Below, one piece after another: positions 1 to 11,439 of a stretch of DNA of 64,000 bases. The notes beneath the pieces were generated by a model. It was not told where the DNA came from. It worked only from the letters and a program-made list of their open reading frames with translations, and searched no databases. Origin of the DNA: Octopus sinensis (taxonomy: Eukaryota); the NCBI RefSeq assembly GCF_006345805.1, contig NC_043011.1, positions 41,118,464 through 41,182,463 of the forward strand, written 5' to 3'. The position numbers were made by a program, and so were the translations under genes. Within the stretch, counting starts at the first letter, position 1. Each line of letters begins with the position of its first letter.

Positions 1-780
1 TTCTGGTTTGTTTACTTGCCTGTGTCCTAGAGGTGTAGTGAACACACTTTGGAACTGTTCGTTCAGTATTTAACTTATCCTCGTGGGATTTCCTATGAGG
101 GAGCCATCTTTTTGGAAGAGAGGTCCTATCATGTAGCGCACTGTGGCTGTCTCTTTGGCAAACTTAAAGAAAGCTTTAGAGTTTGACTTGATATTTTTTA
201 TTACTCAAGCTTCTTTATCTGCTTTCTCCTTTTCATGAGACTGATGCAGACTTTTCTCAATTTCCATTAGCATTCTCTCGAGGCGAGACTTCTCACCATT
301 TTTGGTGTGCTTGCTCAGGCGGTTCACAATCCTCGTCCGTCGTCTCATAAGAATCTTCCTTTCTCTAGGGATCCTGTTTTTGTGTGTGCTGTCCCTGCAC
401 ACTGGGACATATTTGTCACATATGGCTTGTATTATGGACATGAAACGTTTGTGTTTCATATCAATGTCTGGTGTGGAAGACATTTAGGCCAATCCTGTTT
501 GAGGATCTCTTTCTCAATTAACTTCCTATTTGCTTTATGAAAGTTTAGTTTGGAGAGATTGTGGATGCTTCGTATAGGCTGTGCGTCTGCGGGAGCTTTT
601 GGTCCATACATAGACGGCTCTATTACGTTGTGATCCGAGACCAATGTCGGCATCACTTTAACATTATGGATAATGTCCATATTGTTTGTGAAGCAGAGAT
701 CCAGTATATTATTTGCCCTGGTTGGGTTGCAGCACAATTTGCTCCATGAAAGAGACATTTGTGAGATGGAGCAGGGATTC
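1..780 (-). mobile_element. Decayed CR1/L2-group LINE ORF2 fragment (APE endonuclease C-terminus plus linker toward RT)
   Basis: Minus-strand frames give PTRANNILDLCFTN...VSDHNVI (APE motifs) and NIKSNSKAFFKFAK...IGPL...ILNEQFQSVFT; frameshifts and stops present. Confidence 0.8.
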
Positions 781-788
781 TACTTGTG

Positions 789-830
<42 letters not shown>

Positions 831-1019
831 TGAGTGTATTTTACCTTGTTAACAATTAACACGGAAAATAAATAAATAGTTACCAGGGCAGCAAAAATCT
901 CACAAGTAAAGGTGTTGTAACTCCTTGTTTATAAAGGTAGAAACTTCGTGTTTACGTTGAATATTTTGAATAATATGAATAAAAAAATGGAGTTAACGCA
1001 GGTGTAATCAAATATTTTT

Positions 1020-1105
1020 ACTTTCGACACATGTTTCGAAAATTCCACTGATACTATTCAAAAGAATAAATGGTATAAACAATACAATCTTCTCCTCAGG
1101 AAAGT
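1020..1105 (-). ncRNA. Type I hammerhead ribozyme (PLE pseudo-LTR)
   Basis: Minus strand reads ACUUUC-CUGAGGA-GAAGAUU..AAUUUUC-GAAA-CAUGUG-UC-GAAAGU: 6-bp stem I, 7-bp stem II, intact core. Confidence 0.8.
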
Positions 1106-1306
1106 GAAAAAAACGAAACTCGTCAATAAGACATTTTAGCAAAAAATGATGGATTTGTATAGCGATAGACAGAACGCTATTAATATTGTTTAAAAAAACG
1201 TTATATGATATATCGTCATAAGTAGCTAACAGAAAGAGTAGGGATATTAATAGTGAATGTTAAATATAAAGGAAATTAAAGTTTAAATTATATATAATGA
1301 TAGAGA

Positions 1307-2020
1307 CTACTTATATGCACTAAATGTATGTTTTCGCCAATGCCTACATCTGTATACTTGCTCTATAACCGTGTTTACTAGAGTATTTTTAGAAAAAATA
1401 ATGAAAAATAGCTCAGAATTGCAGAGAAGACATAATTTCTTGCCTTTGTCATATGGTATCGAAATTGAGAGAATCAACCATTCTAAATGAAATTGTTCAT
1501 TGTGGTCTTTTAAATCCCAAATCAGTTTGCTGAGACCGGTACTATTCCGTTTATTTCTATCCCTAAATGTTGAGTAATGGATAGAAATTCTTTTAGATAA
1601 CTCTATCGATGTGCTTCCAATGTAAAATAGTACTTTATTACGAGTACTGATTATACACTGGTATATAGAATTTTTAATCTTAGAGTTACTTGACATAAAC
1701 TTAATTCTATTGGAATTGACTTCAGATACAATAACCTTGTTATTAATATTTCTAGAGGGTTGGATGGTATTAGCTAAATTAATATTAGTATTAGTAAATG
1801 TATTAATATTTAACAGTTTGTTATTATGAGAAGAGATAATTTGCAAGAGATTTTTTGTGTTTGAAAAACCTATCCTAATCTTATGTGAATTGATTATAGA
1901 GTAATATCTAGAATTGTTTGGAAAATTCCTAGCAATAGCTTGACGAAACACCAGTGGGAGATTAGATTTAATGTATCTCCCGTAAGGAATTATTAACCAA
2001 TTATTTTTATTAGTATTCAT
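1307..2020 (-). CDS. C-terminal part of a Penelope-like ORF: RT thumb plus GIY-YIG endonuclease
   Basis: Open 237 aa; thumb-like FPNNSRYYSIINSHKIRIGFS...IISSHNNKLL; SIYQC...FYIGST...KRISIH; C-terminal CLLC..E...CRH. Confidence 0.8.
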   Translation of the reverse strand: MNTNKNNWLIIPYGRYIKSNLPLVFRQAIARNFPNNSRYYSIINSHKIRIGFSNTKNLLQIISSHNNKLLNINTFTNTNINLANTIQPSRNINNKVIVSEVNSNRIKFMSSNSKIKNSIYQCIISTRNKVLFYIGSTSIELSKRISIHYSTFRDRNKRNSTGLSKLIWDLKDHNEQFHLEWLILSISIPYDKGKKLCLLCNSELFFIIFSKNTLVNTVIEQVYRCRHWRKHTFSAYK

Positions 2021-2081
2021 AGCGTAATTACTTTTGAAGGTGTTATATTTACTAGAGTATTTTTAGAAAAAATAATGAAAA

Positions 2082-2229
2082 ATGCATATATATACGTATA
2101 TTTATGAACGCATATGTATATATGCATATATGTATATGCGTGTGTTTACATATGCATGTATAAGTGTTTATGTAAAAATATATAAATGTATATATACATA
2201 TATACACAAATATATTATATATATATTTG

Positions 2230-2286
<57 letters not shown>

Positions 2287-2315
2287 ATATATATGTAAGT
2301 ATGTATGTATGTATG

Positions 2316-2373
<58 letters not shown>

Positions 2374-2902
2374 ATATATTATATATATATATACATACAT
2401 ATATATACATATACATAAAAGTGCCATAGTCAGAGTAATGTCCAAAATGAACCAGGACCACTTGATTTGAGCATGTAGATGATTTAAATCTCATATAGAA
2501 GCAGTTGTTGAAGCTGAAGGTGGTTTTATTGAATAATATTATAAAAAAGGTCTATTTTCATCCTCATAGCATTTTTTGATAAATAAAGTTATCATCTGTT
2601 ATTATATCTGTCTTTTTTTTATAAACATAAATCTGACCACAAATATCTTACGCACCATGTATACACACACGCACACACACACACACACACATATACATAT
2701 ATATATATATAATATATATATATATTTATTTATTTATATATATGCATATATATACGTATATTTATGAACGCATATGTATATATGCATATATGTATATGCG
2801 TGTGTTTACATATGCATGTATAAGTGTATATGTAAAAATATATAAATGTATATATACATATATACACAATATATTATATATTTATATTTGTACATATATA
2901 TG

Positions 2903-2950
<48 letters not shown>

Positions 2951-2985
2951 TACATATATATGTAAGTATGTATGCATGTATATAT

Positions 2986-3042
<57 letters not shown>

Positions 3043-3212
3043 TTAGTTTTTGTGTTTGGTTTGCAAGATTCTTTATGTGAATTTGTTGAAACAAATTTCG
3101 TTGTCTAGAGAGAGTCATTACATAATGCCTCTCCCTAGACACAACAATATATATATATACATACATACATGCATGCATACATACACACATACGTACACAC
3201 CCACGCACAAGC

Positions 3213-3247
<35 letters not shown>

Positions 3248-3345
3248 GTGTGTGTGTGTGTACACAGGCGCGTAGATACATCCAAATACAAACATATGTA
3301 CCTATATATGCATATGTATATATAATATACATGTACGTTGTTTAT
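2082..3345. repeat. Compound (TA)n/(TG)n/(TATG)n microsatellite field containing a duplicated block (about 2082-2350 and 2741-3040)
   Basis: Direct inspection; the non-periodic string tgcatatatatacgtatatttatgaacgcat occurs twice. Confidence 0.9.
2416..2659 (+). mobile_element. Tc1/mariner-superfamily transposon 3' remnant
   Basis: [37 protein letters not shown] is a typical transposase C-terminus; TIR-like end gcaccatg followed by TA. Confidence 0.65.
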
Positions 3346-3639
3346 ATATACAAACAGACAGTAAAACAAAAGAATATAACGCAGACGACATTTAAATATA
3401 TGAACAGCTTGACATAGACCGGCACTGCGTAAAGTTTCACTGTCAGGAAGAAAAAAAACTCTTGATTGTTGGGACGCTTGGTTTCACTGAGTCCAGACGA
3501 TCAGATGGTCTATTTATTTATTCATTCATTTACTAATCTATCTGTTTATTGTTTTTGTTATCTTTTCCTTTCATAATTTATTTTGGTCGGCTATACAATT
3601 CTGCTGATGCATTTCTGAATAAGCTTATCTCTCTCTTTC

Positions 3640-4040
3640 TCTCTTTTACTTGTTTCAGTCATTTGACTGCTGCCATGCTGGAGCACCGCCTTTAATTGAG
3701 CAACTCGACCCCGGGACTTATTCTTTTGTAAGCCCAGTACCTATTCTATCAGTCTCTTTTGCCAAACCGCTAAGTGACGGGGACATAAACACACCAGAAT
3801 CGGTTGTCAAGAAATGCTAGGGGGACAAACACAGACACACAAACACACACACATACATATATATACATATATACGACGGGCTTCTTTCAGTTTCCGTCTA
3901 CCAAATCCGCTCACAAGGCTTTGGTCGGCCCGAGGCTATAGTAGAAGACACTTGCCCAGGGTGCCACGCAGTGGGACTGAACCCGGAACCATGTGGTTGG
4001 TAAACAAGCTACTTACCACACAGCCAATCCTGCGCCTCAG
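3640..4040 (-). mobile_element. tRNA-derived CORE-like SINE with an internal (TG)n; many further copies (e.g. 18230-18605, 37905-38300, 54770-55090)
   Basis: Head GGTTCCGGGTTCAGTCCC, a CCTTGGGCAAGT-like core and a conserved tail, repeated throughout the window. Confidence 0.85.
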
Positions 4041-4098
4041 TGTAAGTATATACATATTCTCTCCCTTTCTCTCTCTCTTTCTCTTTCTCTCTCTCTCC

Positions 4099-4147
<49 letters not shown>

Positions 4148-4345
4148 ATATATTCTTTTACTTGTTTCAGTCATTTTACTGCGGCCATGCTGGAGTACGG
4201 CTTTTAGTCGAACAAATCGACTCCGGGATTTATTCTTTGTAAGCCTAGTGCTTATTCCATTGGTCTCTTTTGCTGGAGGGGGGGGCGTAAACACACCAAC
4301 ACCGGCTGTAAGCGGTGGCGGGAACAGACACAAACACATAGATAT

Positions 4346-4388
<43 letters not shown>

Positions 4389-4409
4389 GGATGGATGGAT
4401 GGATGGATG

Positions 4410-4460
<51 letters not shown>

Positions 4461-4500
4461 TAGATAGATAGATTAGATAGATAGATAGATAAATAGATAA

Positions 4501-4530
<30 letters not shown>

Positions 4531-4531
<1 letters not shown>

Positions 4532-4602
4532 TGTTCCTTTATTAGCCACACAGGGCTGCACACAGATAGAACAAATTACAAGGTAGAGCTTTTCTTTGAA
4601 GG

Positions 4603-4637
<35 letters not shown>

Positions 4638-4873
4638 AAGGGGGAGGTTCGATCAAAAGGGATCGTAAAAGGAGAGAAAGAGGACAAAAATAAGGGGGGT
4701 TAAAAAAAAAAAAGGGGGGGGGGGAGAGGAAAAAAAAATGATCAATAGGGATCGTTATCACAGAAATGTCAATATGAAGTGTAAGGGGGAGGACAGGTGA
4801 GGTTTACCCGTGGAAAGAAAAGCCTGCGGAAAAGACCACGGTAACCTCGGTCAATGAAGTCACATTTTATATT

Positions 4874-4906
<33 letters not shown>

Positions 4907-5805
4907 AAATAAGCAACTCTCTGTTTTCGATTTCTGGGTTCATAGGACTATGCTCAAGGTGGCTTCGTCATTCATACGTGCCATTCTTGCTACATTCACC
5001 CATCTTTTTTTAAAACATTCGCTAGACAAAACTTGCCTCTCTACTCTCACTTTCCTTTTCAAGTGGTACTTGAAGAAGTTGATGAGAGATTGACCAGAGA
5101 GGAAAGTGTTTGTCTCCAATCCTTTCAGACGCGTCCACCAGATACATTCTTTCGCCATAGCCACAAGGATGATGAAAATAGCTCTTCCTTCCCGTTTGAA
5201 GGAAGGAGGCGTGACAATATTGACGATAGACTCAGCTGATAAACCGACTCGTCCCACACGTGACAGCAGTTGTTCGACATAAGCCCACAGGTCGGAAATT
5301 GTTGGACACTGAACGAGTGCGTGCAGAACGGTTTCGTCGCTCTGACCGCATCTCGGGCAGGTCGGCCCCGTGTTTCTCGAGCCGTGTCTGTAGAGCTTAT
5401 CCCGAACGGGTAGCGCTTCTCGGTAGCACTGCCAGGCCAGGGATCTCTGGAAGTTGTCCATGGCCCTGGCCCGAAAGTCGTCCCGAACAGGCGGGTCAGG
5501 TACTCCTCGTCGACGTCCAGGTTCGCCCCGAGCTCGTCGTCGTACCTCCCCTCCACTAAACCCCTATAGAATGCTTTGGTTGTGTTGAAGTCACTTAAGG
5601 TCGACCAGGACGGCAGAGTTGCTTGAGAGCAACGCGACACTCGCGGTGCCATTCGCCCTTCCTCGGCCTCTTTTTGATCCACGACTGCAGTTCGGTCATG
5701 GAGACGAGCTGCGGGAAAGCGTGCCTCACAAACGGCGACCACACCTGTTCACCGTCGTCTACATAGAGCAGAGATGTCGCAGTCTCAGCGCGTGTCTGCC
5801 AGAAG
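4531..5805 (-). mobile_element. Tx1/L1-clade LINE 3' end (zf-RVT domain plus 3' UTR) ending in (ATCT)n
   Basis: ORF 4940-5461 contains ALPVRDKL...CPRCGQSDETVLHALVQC (CCHC knuckle); GC-rich and little decayed; AATAAA tail runs into the GATA array at 4345-4530. Confidence 0.85.
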
Positions 5806-6027
5806 GTTTGGAGATGATGTACAGGTATTATATATTAGAGGAAATAAGGTACTCAGAAATCTTCTAGCAAATAGCTGGACTCGTATACGTACCTGTTCGC
5901 TCTTGTGTTATATATTTTAATTTGTGTGTGTGTGCGCGCGTACATGCCTATATCTTTATCGATGTGTACGTGGGACTGTACGCATGGCCATATGGTGTTG
6001 ATACATAAGTATATGCACAGATGTCAG

Positions 6028-6412
6028 TGGAGGCGCAATGGCCCAGTGGTTAGAGCAGCGGTCTCGCGGTCATAGGATCGCGGTTTCGATTCCCAGACCT
6101 GGTGTTGTGAGTGTTTATTGAGCGAAAACACCTAAAAGCTCCACGAGGCTCCGGCAGGGGATGATGGTGATCCCTGCTGTACTCTTTCACCACAACTTTC
6201 TCTCACTCTTACTTCCTGTTTCTGTTGTACCTGTATTTCAAGGGGACGGCCTTGTCACTCTCTGTGTCACGCTGAATATCCCCGAGAACTACGTTAAGGG
6301 TGCACGTGTCTGTGGAGTGCTCAGCCACTTACACGTTAATTTCACGAGCAGGCTGTTCCGTTGATTCGGATCAACCGGAACCATCATCGTCGTAACCGAC
6401 GGAGTGCTTCCA
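6028..6412 (+). mobile_element. Full-length tRNA-derived SINE (second family)
   Basis: A box TGGCCCAGTGG, B box GTTTCGATTCC; near-identical inverted copy at 49180-49561. Confidence 0.85.
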
Positions 6413-7334
6413 TATGCACAGATATGAAATTCTCTTTTGTTGTCATCAGACCTCAGGTTCGATCTCACTGCGTGGTACATCGGTCTTATGTCTATTATCG
6501 TGTCGATCCAAATTTTATTGATGAAACTGAGTGGACGAAATTTCTGTGAAAGCCCGCTGTACCAGTAATACAATGAAATACTCTTCTTACACAGTTTACT
6601 ACGCTGAATCTAAATGTTTTGGGTCCACACCTGGTCGTGATAAAAAGGAACTTGCCCAAGGTGTCATTCACTGAGATCAAACATGAGATGCTGCGATTGC
6701 AAAATGAACTTCTTAACAATTTTCTATGTCTGTACACACACACACACACACACACAGGTACACACACACACATGCACACACACACGTATACACACACACA
6801 CAAGCATACATATGTTCACATACACACACAAAATACAAAGAAGTATGTCACGTGTGTAATTAGCCGCCATCGATCTTGAAAACTGCAATTAAAAATTATT
6901 TTTTAATTAGTTATTCAGATTTAGACAGTTTAACACCTTTCGGTTGCGACGTCTCTTTCGTGTTATCCAATTAAAAGGAAAAACACTTAAATAATTTTTT
7001 AAGATAATAAAACTCAAGACGCTTATTTACAACTAGGCAGACTTACTCGGGTGTAAACAGTAGACAGTGCGGAAGGCATACTATCGGTAAATTACTGCGT
7101 AATCAAGTATGGAAGGATGTACAATGGGCCTGTGTTTGCTAGAGGAGTCGAGGATACCACCTGTGGCAGGTAGATGTATGTGTGTACAACTTGTACTTAA
7201 GCTGATTAGTTAACTACTAGGCGTTGTATATGACTGCTTATCTTGGGAGTGACTGTTATTTCTAGTATCGGAGGTCAACATTAGTACATAGAAGAAAATG
7301 ACGAAATCTGTTGAGGTTTTTACGAACAAACTTT

Positions 7335-7745
7335 GGATCTTTTCGGTTTGAACGGCAGTTTTTTAAAATAATTTCCACGTAACTAAACACTTTTAAACTT
7401 CGCATACTGGTAGAATGTGTTTTTAAAACATCTTTTTCTCTTGGCTTTATTGAGAAAATTCTATAGTTTGTAAGATATTTGTTGTTGTTTTTTCTTCAAT
7501 TTCTGCAATTTCAACCAATCAATGACGTCTATTGAGGTGAAAACATTCTGTGTCGTATGAATATGTCCCTCGTTTAAGAAACAGATTGGGTTTATTTACA
7601 TTTCTGAAGAAAAAAGATACCCTTCCGCCCACCCCTAACCCTAAAACAGATTGAAATGCAATAGATCGATACTAGGGTCATAATTATGGGTGACAATTTC
7701 ATATGACACCGCTAGAAAAAACTGCCGTTCAAACCGAAAAGATCC
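7335..7745. mobile_element. MITE with about 30-bp TIRs (GGATCTTTTCGGTTTGAACGGCAG...) and 8-bp TSD CAAACTTT
   Basis: TIRs and TSD read directly; copies at 53487 and 61703. Confidence 0.9.
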
Positions 7746-8103
7746 CAAACTTTTATTATTGGTGAGAAAGTTTGGATGTTGTTGTTCTGGATGTAATTGA
7801 AATAGTATTACGACAAATGTTGAGAGAGTTTGGATGTTATTGTAATAGTATTCGAAAGGTTACTACCAGTCGTTGTGGTACTGCCGGTAGTTCGTTATGA
7901 TGATATTAGCTATGTTCAGCCGCTGCCTGTGTCTGTTCGCCATTTGTCTGCCTTGTCGTCACAGTTACATCCCAAAGGTCTCAGGATCGTAGTCACATGT
8001 GTCGAATTTTACACCGATTAAGAGGCTCAGAACGGAAGGCGCCGAGAGTTAATATGATCGCTGCAGCCTATTCCACATGAGTGGCCAGATTTTGTTGATT
8101 ACA

Positions 8104-8488
8104 TCTCTCTATATATAAACGGCAGTTTGTCTGTGTGTGTTTCTGTGTGTCTGTTTGGTTGTACCCTCACCCTGACCACGGCTTTCAACCGATTCTGATG
8201 AAACTTGACACACACATAGCCCAATGTCATAATTCAAAACTAACGCAGCGAAAATTTTGAAAAGTTCCCCCAGTTCTGAAAAGAATCGATAAATTCGACA
8301 TGGGGTCGAGAATCAGAAACCCAAACCACAGACTGTCTAGGGGACGCAACTCGACCTTTTTTAACTCTCAAAAAAAATTTACCATCATTTTTTTTCCATT
8401 TTTTGGCTATTTTTTGGCTATAACTCTCTAAAAATGCTTTATAGTTATTTCCCTTACAAACCTGAGCAACGCCGGGCGATACTGCTAG
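8104..8488 (+). mobile_element. Non-autonomous Helitron
   Basis: 5' TC after A, 3' GC-rich hairpin then CTAG followed by T; no TSD. Confidence 0.8.
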
Positions 8489-8499
8489 TGGGTAATAAT

Positions 8500-8870
8500 C
8501 TTTCTATGCAAGTCGCAATTGGTTCATAACCTCACCCACGTTTCATACATCTGGAAGTCCAAACCTAATCAGACGCCAAGAAATTTAACCGGTCAGTTTA
8601 TCCAACGCCCTAAAGAAGCTATCCGACGGCGTGGACTTGACAAGCCTACCAGTGACTTATCCGAATTAATTTTTGTTCTTAACACCATTTCGTATTCCTT
8701 CAGAATGGTGCCAACCTCATCGACTTCTGTGATGTCCGACATTTATACGGCGATGTCGTCTGCATACATTGAGGTATGTGACGTTTAAGCACAGCCGTTT
8801 CAGCGCCACCTAATAGTCGTCGTTGATTCGACGGCTAACTTATTTGACATCAGACGTTTTAATGTGTCTC
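8500..8870 (-). mobile_element. Decayed L1/Tx1-type reverse transcriptase fragment
   Basis: Minus strand SMYADDIAV*MSDITEVDEVGTILKEYEMVLRTKINSDKS. Confidence 0.65.
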
Positions 8871-8884
8871 TCGTTCTCTTCCTC

Positions 8885-8925
<41 letters not shown>

Positions 8926-8993
8926 GTCTCTCGTTCTCTTCCTCCCTTTCTCTCTCTCTCTCTCTTGATCTTTCTCTCTCTCTCTCTCTCTCT

Positions 8994-9038
<45 letters not shown>

Positions 9039-9560
9039 AAATTAAGAGGAATGACCATTAAAGTAGACACCTAATATGCTAAACATAGACGTCAAATCGC
9101 CATTACCACGAAGAGATGTTCACTTTAGTGGTCATTCCTCCTAATTTTGTAAGTAACAATTTTTAATCTTCGGATTTTTTTAATATGCTAAGCCACTGGT
9201 TTTAATTTATTAATATCGATTCCTACCCTTATTATTTAATATACATACATACATACATACATACATACATACATACATACAGACAGACAGACAGACAGAT
9301 AGACATATATATATATATAATATATATATATATAATATATATATATATATATTAAATTACTAAGTCTCTCTAAAAGAGAACAACGGCAGCGTTCCCGGAA
9401 AATATTAGTTATCGCCATACTACTATGGCATTCTTATAAAAATAAGAATAAAGCTGACCGCTTATTAGCTCCATGAGGCCATCGCCTTAAGTTAGCTATT
9501 TGATACACAAACTGTATCCATATAACCTTTGAACAAGGGAGGTCAGTCGCTCCACACTAC

Positions 9561-9620
9561 TTGGCCGGCAGCAACAGACGCGTTTCGGGGTATTGCCCCT
9601 TTTCAATGCAGCGTAGCCAA
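9561..9620 (-). ncRNA. Type I hammerhead ribozyme, U3-A8 core variant
   Basis: Minus strand UUGGCU-ACGCUGCA-UUGAAAA-GGGG(CAAUA)CCCC-GAAA-CGCG-UC-UGUUGCUGCC-GGCCAA. Confidence 0.7.
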
Positions 9621-10697
9621 ACCAGTAGGTGTCGCTTCCGACAATCTCTGTTCAAATGACTGTCTGTCTCTGTGTGTATATTTCAGCGCGCACGTGCGTA
9701 TGTGTGCATATTTGTGTGTGTGTGTGTTTGTGTTTACCTTCAGTACTAAAAAGTACAGTCGCCAAAGCAGATTCTATGCCCATTCAGCCGTGCCAAATCA
9801 CCCAGCGTGAAAACTGTTGCACCTATCGTTTCATTCCTCCGCATCGACATGACTCTCCGCGTCTCAATTCAAACGGATCGTCTTTCAATAGTCGCCACAT
9901 CCAAAACAGCGGCTCGGGGTCCCAGCACATACAAGAGCAAGGAAGCAGAGACCCTTGACGGACAGATCACATGATATAAATTGTTCGTTAGCATATATGC
10001 AAACAACGAATCAATCCACAATATTAATATGTCATATTTGTGTCTCGTCTTGTCTTACGTCTTTCTCGATTCAAAAGAAAATCGTTGTTTGATCAGAAAT
10101 AATAAAACAGTGGTGAAAAAAAATTTCTTTTTTTTAAATTACATTAATTCAATAAACATAAACACGTTTAAAATTTTTATATTTATATAGAAAGTTATTT
10201 TATTTTTAACTGTCGTCTGCGAAATTCGTTTGTTAATTTCTAAGAATTGTTCTCCTTTACACATTTTATCTTTTTTTTATGTTCTTCTTGTCTCCTTCTG
10301 CTTTCTTTTTGGTGGCTTCTTTTTTCTTTCTTTTATCTTTTTTCATCTATTTTCATGTTTGGTGGGGGGTCTTTTATAAAAAATGTTCTTCTTTTTCCTT
10401 ATTCAACATCATCATCATCATCGTCATCATAATGGTCTGTCGTTTCTTTTGTGTTCTGTGTTTTACATTATTACCGGTGCGGCAAAAAGCAATGGAAGAC
10501 AGAATTGAATAAAAATGCAACATCTTTTCTTTTTTTTTTCAGTTATTTTAAATCGTGTCTTTGTGTGCCGAGTTCATATCTCGCGTGGGTCGTCTTAGCT
10601 TTGCATCATATTGCGTTGTGCACCAACTACATAGGTGTAACCCCTAAAGAACGGAAGAAATGCCGATCAAACTGATATTGGGAATGAAATATTGTCC

Positions 10698-10730
<33 letters not shown>

Positions 10731-11136
10731 AGACGGTGAGATGGCAGAATCGTTAGCACGCTGGACGAAATGCTTAGCGGTATTTCGCCCGTCACTACGT
10801 TCTGAGTTCAAATTCCGCCGAGGTTGTCTGGCATCCTTTCGGGGTCGATTAAATAAGTACCAGTTGCGCACTGGGGTCGATATAATCGACTTAATCCGTT
10901 TGCCTGTCCTTGTTTGTGTTCTCTGTGTTTAGCCCCTTGTGGGTAGTAAAGAAATAGGTATTTCGCCCGTCACTACGTTCTGAGTTCAAATTCCGTCGAG
11001 GTTGACTTTGTCTTGCATCGTTTTGGAATCGATAAAATAAATACTAGTTGAACACTGGAGTCGATGTAATCAACTTAATCTCTTCCCCACCAAATTTGGG
11101 GCTATGTGCTTCCAGTAGAAAGGATTATTATTATCA

Positions 11137-11181
<45 letters not shown>

Positions 11182-11439
11182 ATTATATTATTATTATTAT
11201 TATTATTATTATTAAGGCGGTGAGCTAGCAGAATCGTTAGCACACTGGAGGAAATGCTTAGCGGTATTTCGCCCGTCGCTACGTTCTGAGTTTGACTTTA
11301 CCTTTTATTCTTTCGAGGTCGATAAATTAAGTACCTGTGAAATAGTGGGAAGGTCGATGTAATCGACTCATCCCATTCCCCAAATTGGCTGCCCTTGTGG
11401 CAAAATTTGAAACCATTATTGTTGTTGTTGATTTACTTC

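Larger units (their letters stand above)
830..2047 (-). mobile_element. 5'-truncated Penelope-like retroelement (Naiad-like) with a hammerhead in its 3' pseudo-LTR, abutting (TA)n
   Basis: GIY-YIG ORF at 1307-2020, hammerhead fold at 1020-1105, and element end at the (TA)n run near 800-830. Confidence 0.8.

Noticed and set aside
1106-1306. Possible SECIS, since some Naiad PLEs encode selenoproteins
   Set aside because: No in-frame TGA in the visible ORF and no convincing SECIS fold
3410-3515. Hammerhead-like remnant on minus (tagacc...ctgatcg...gaaac...ggtcta)
   Set aside because: Core broken and stems II/III cannot be assigned; at most a decayed relic
2052-4563. Many 60-200 aa ORFs such as YIYIY, THTHT, CVCVC and LSIYLS here and elsewhere
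   Set aside because: Translations of microsatellites and SINEs
6028-6105. tRNA gene (likewise 27480-27550)
   Set aside because: No proper cloverleaf or terminator; continues into a SINE body
8190-8210. CTGATGAAAC motif
   Set aside because: No stem II; lies inside the Helitron body
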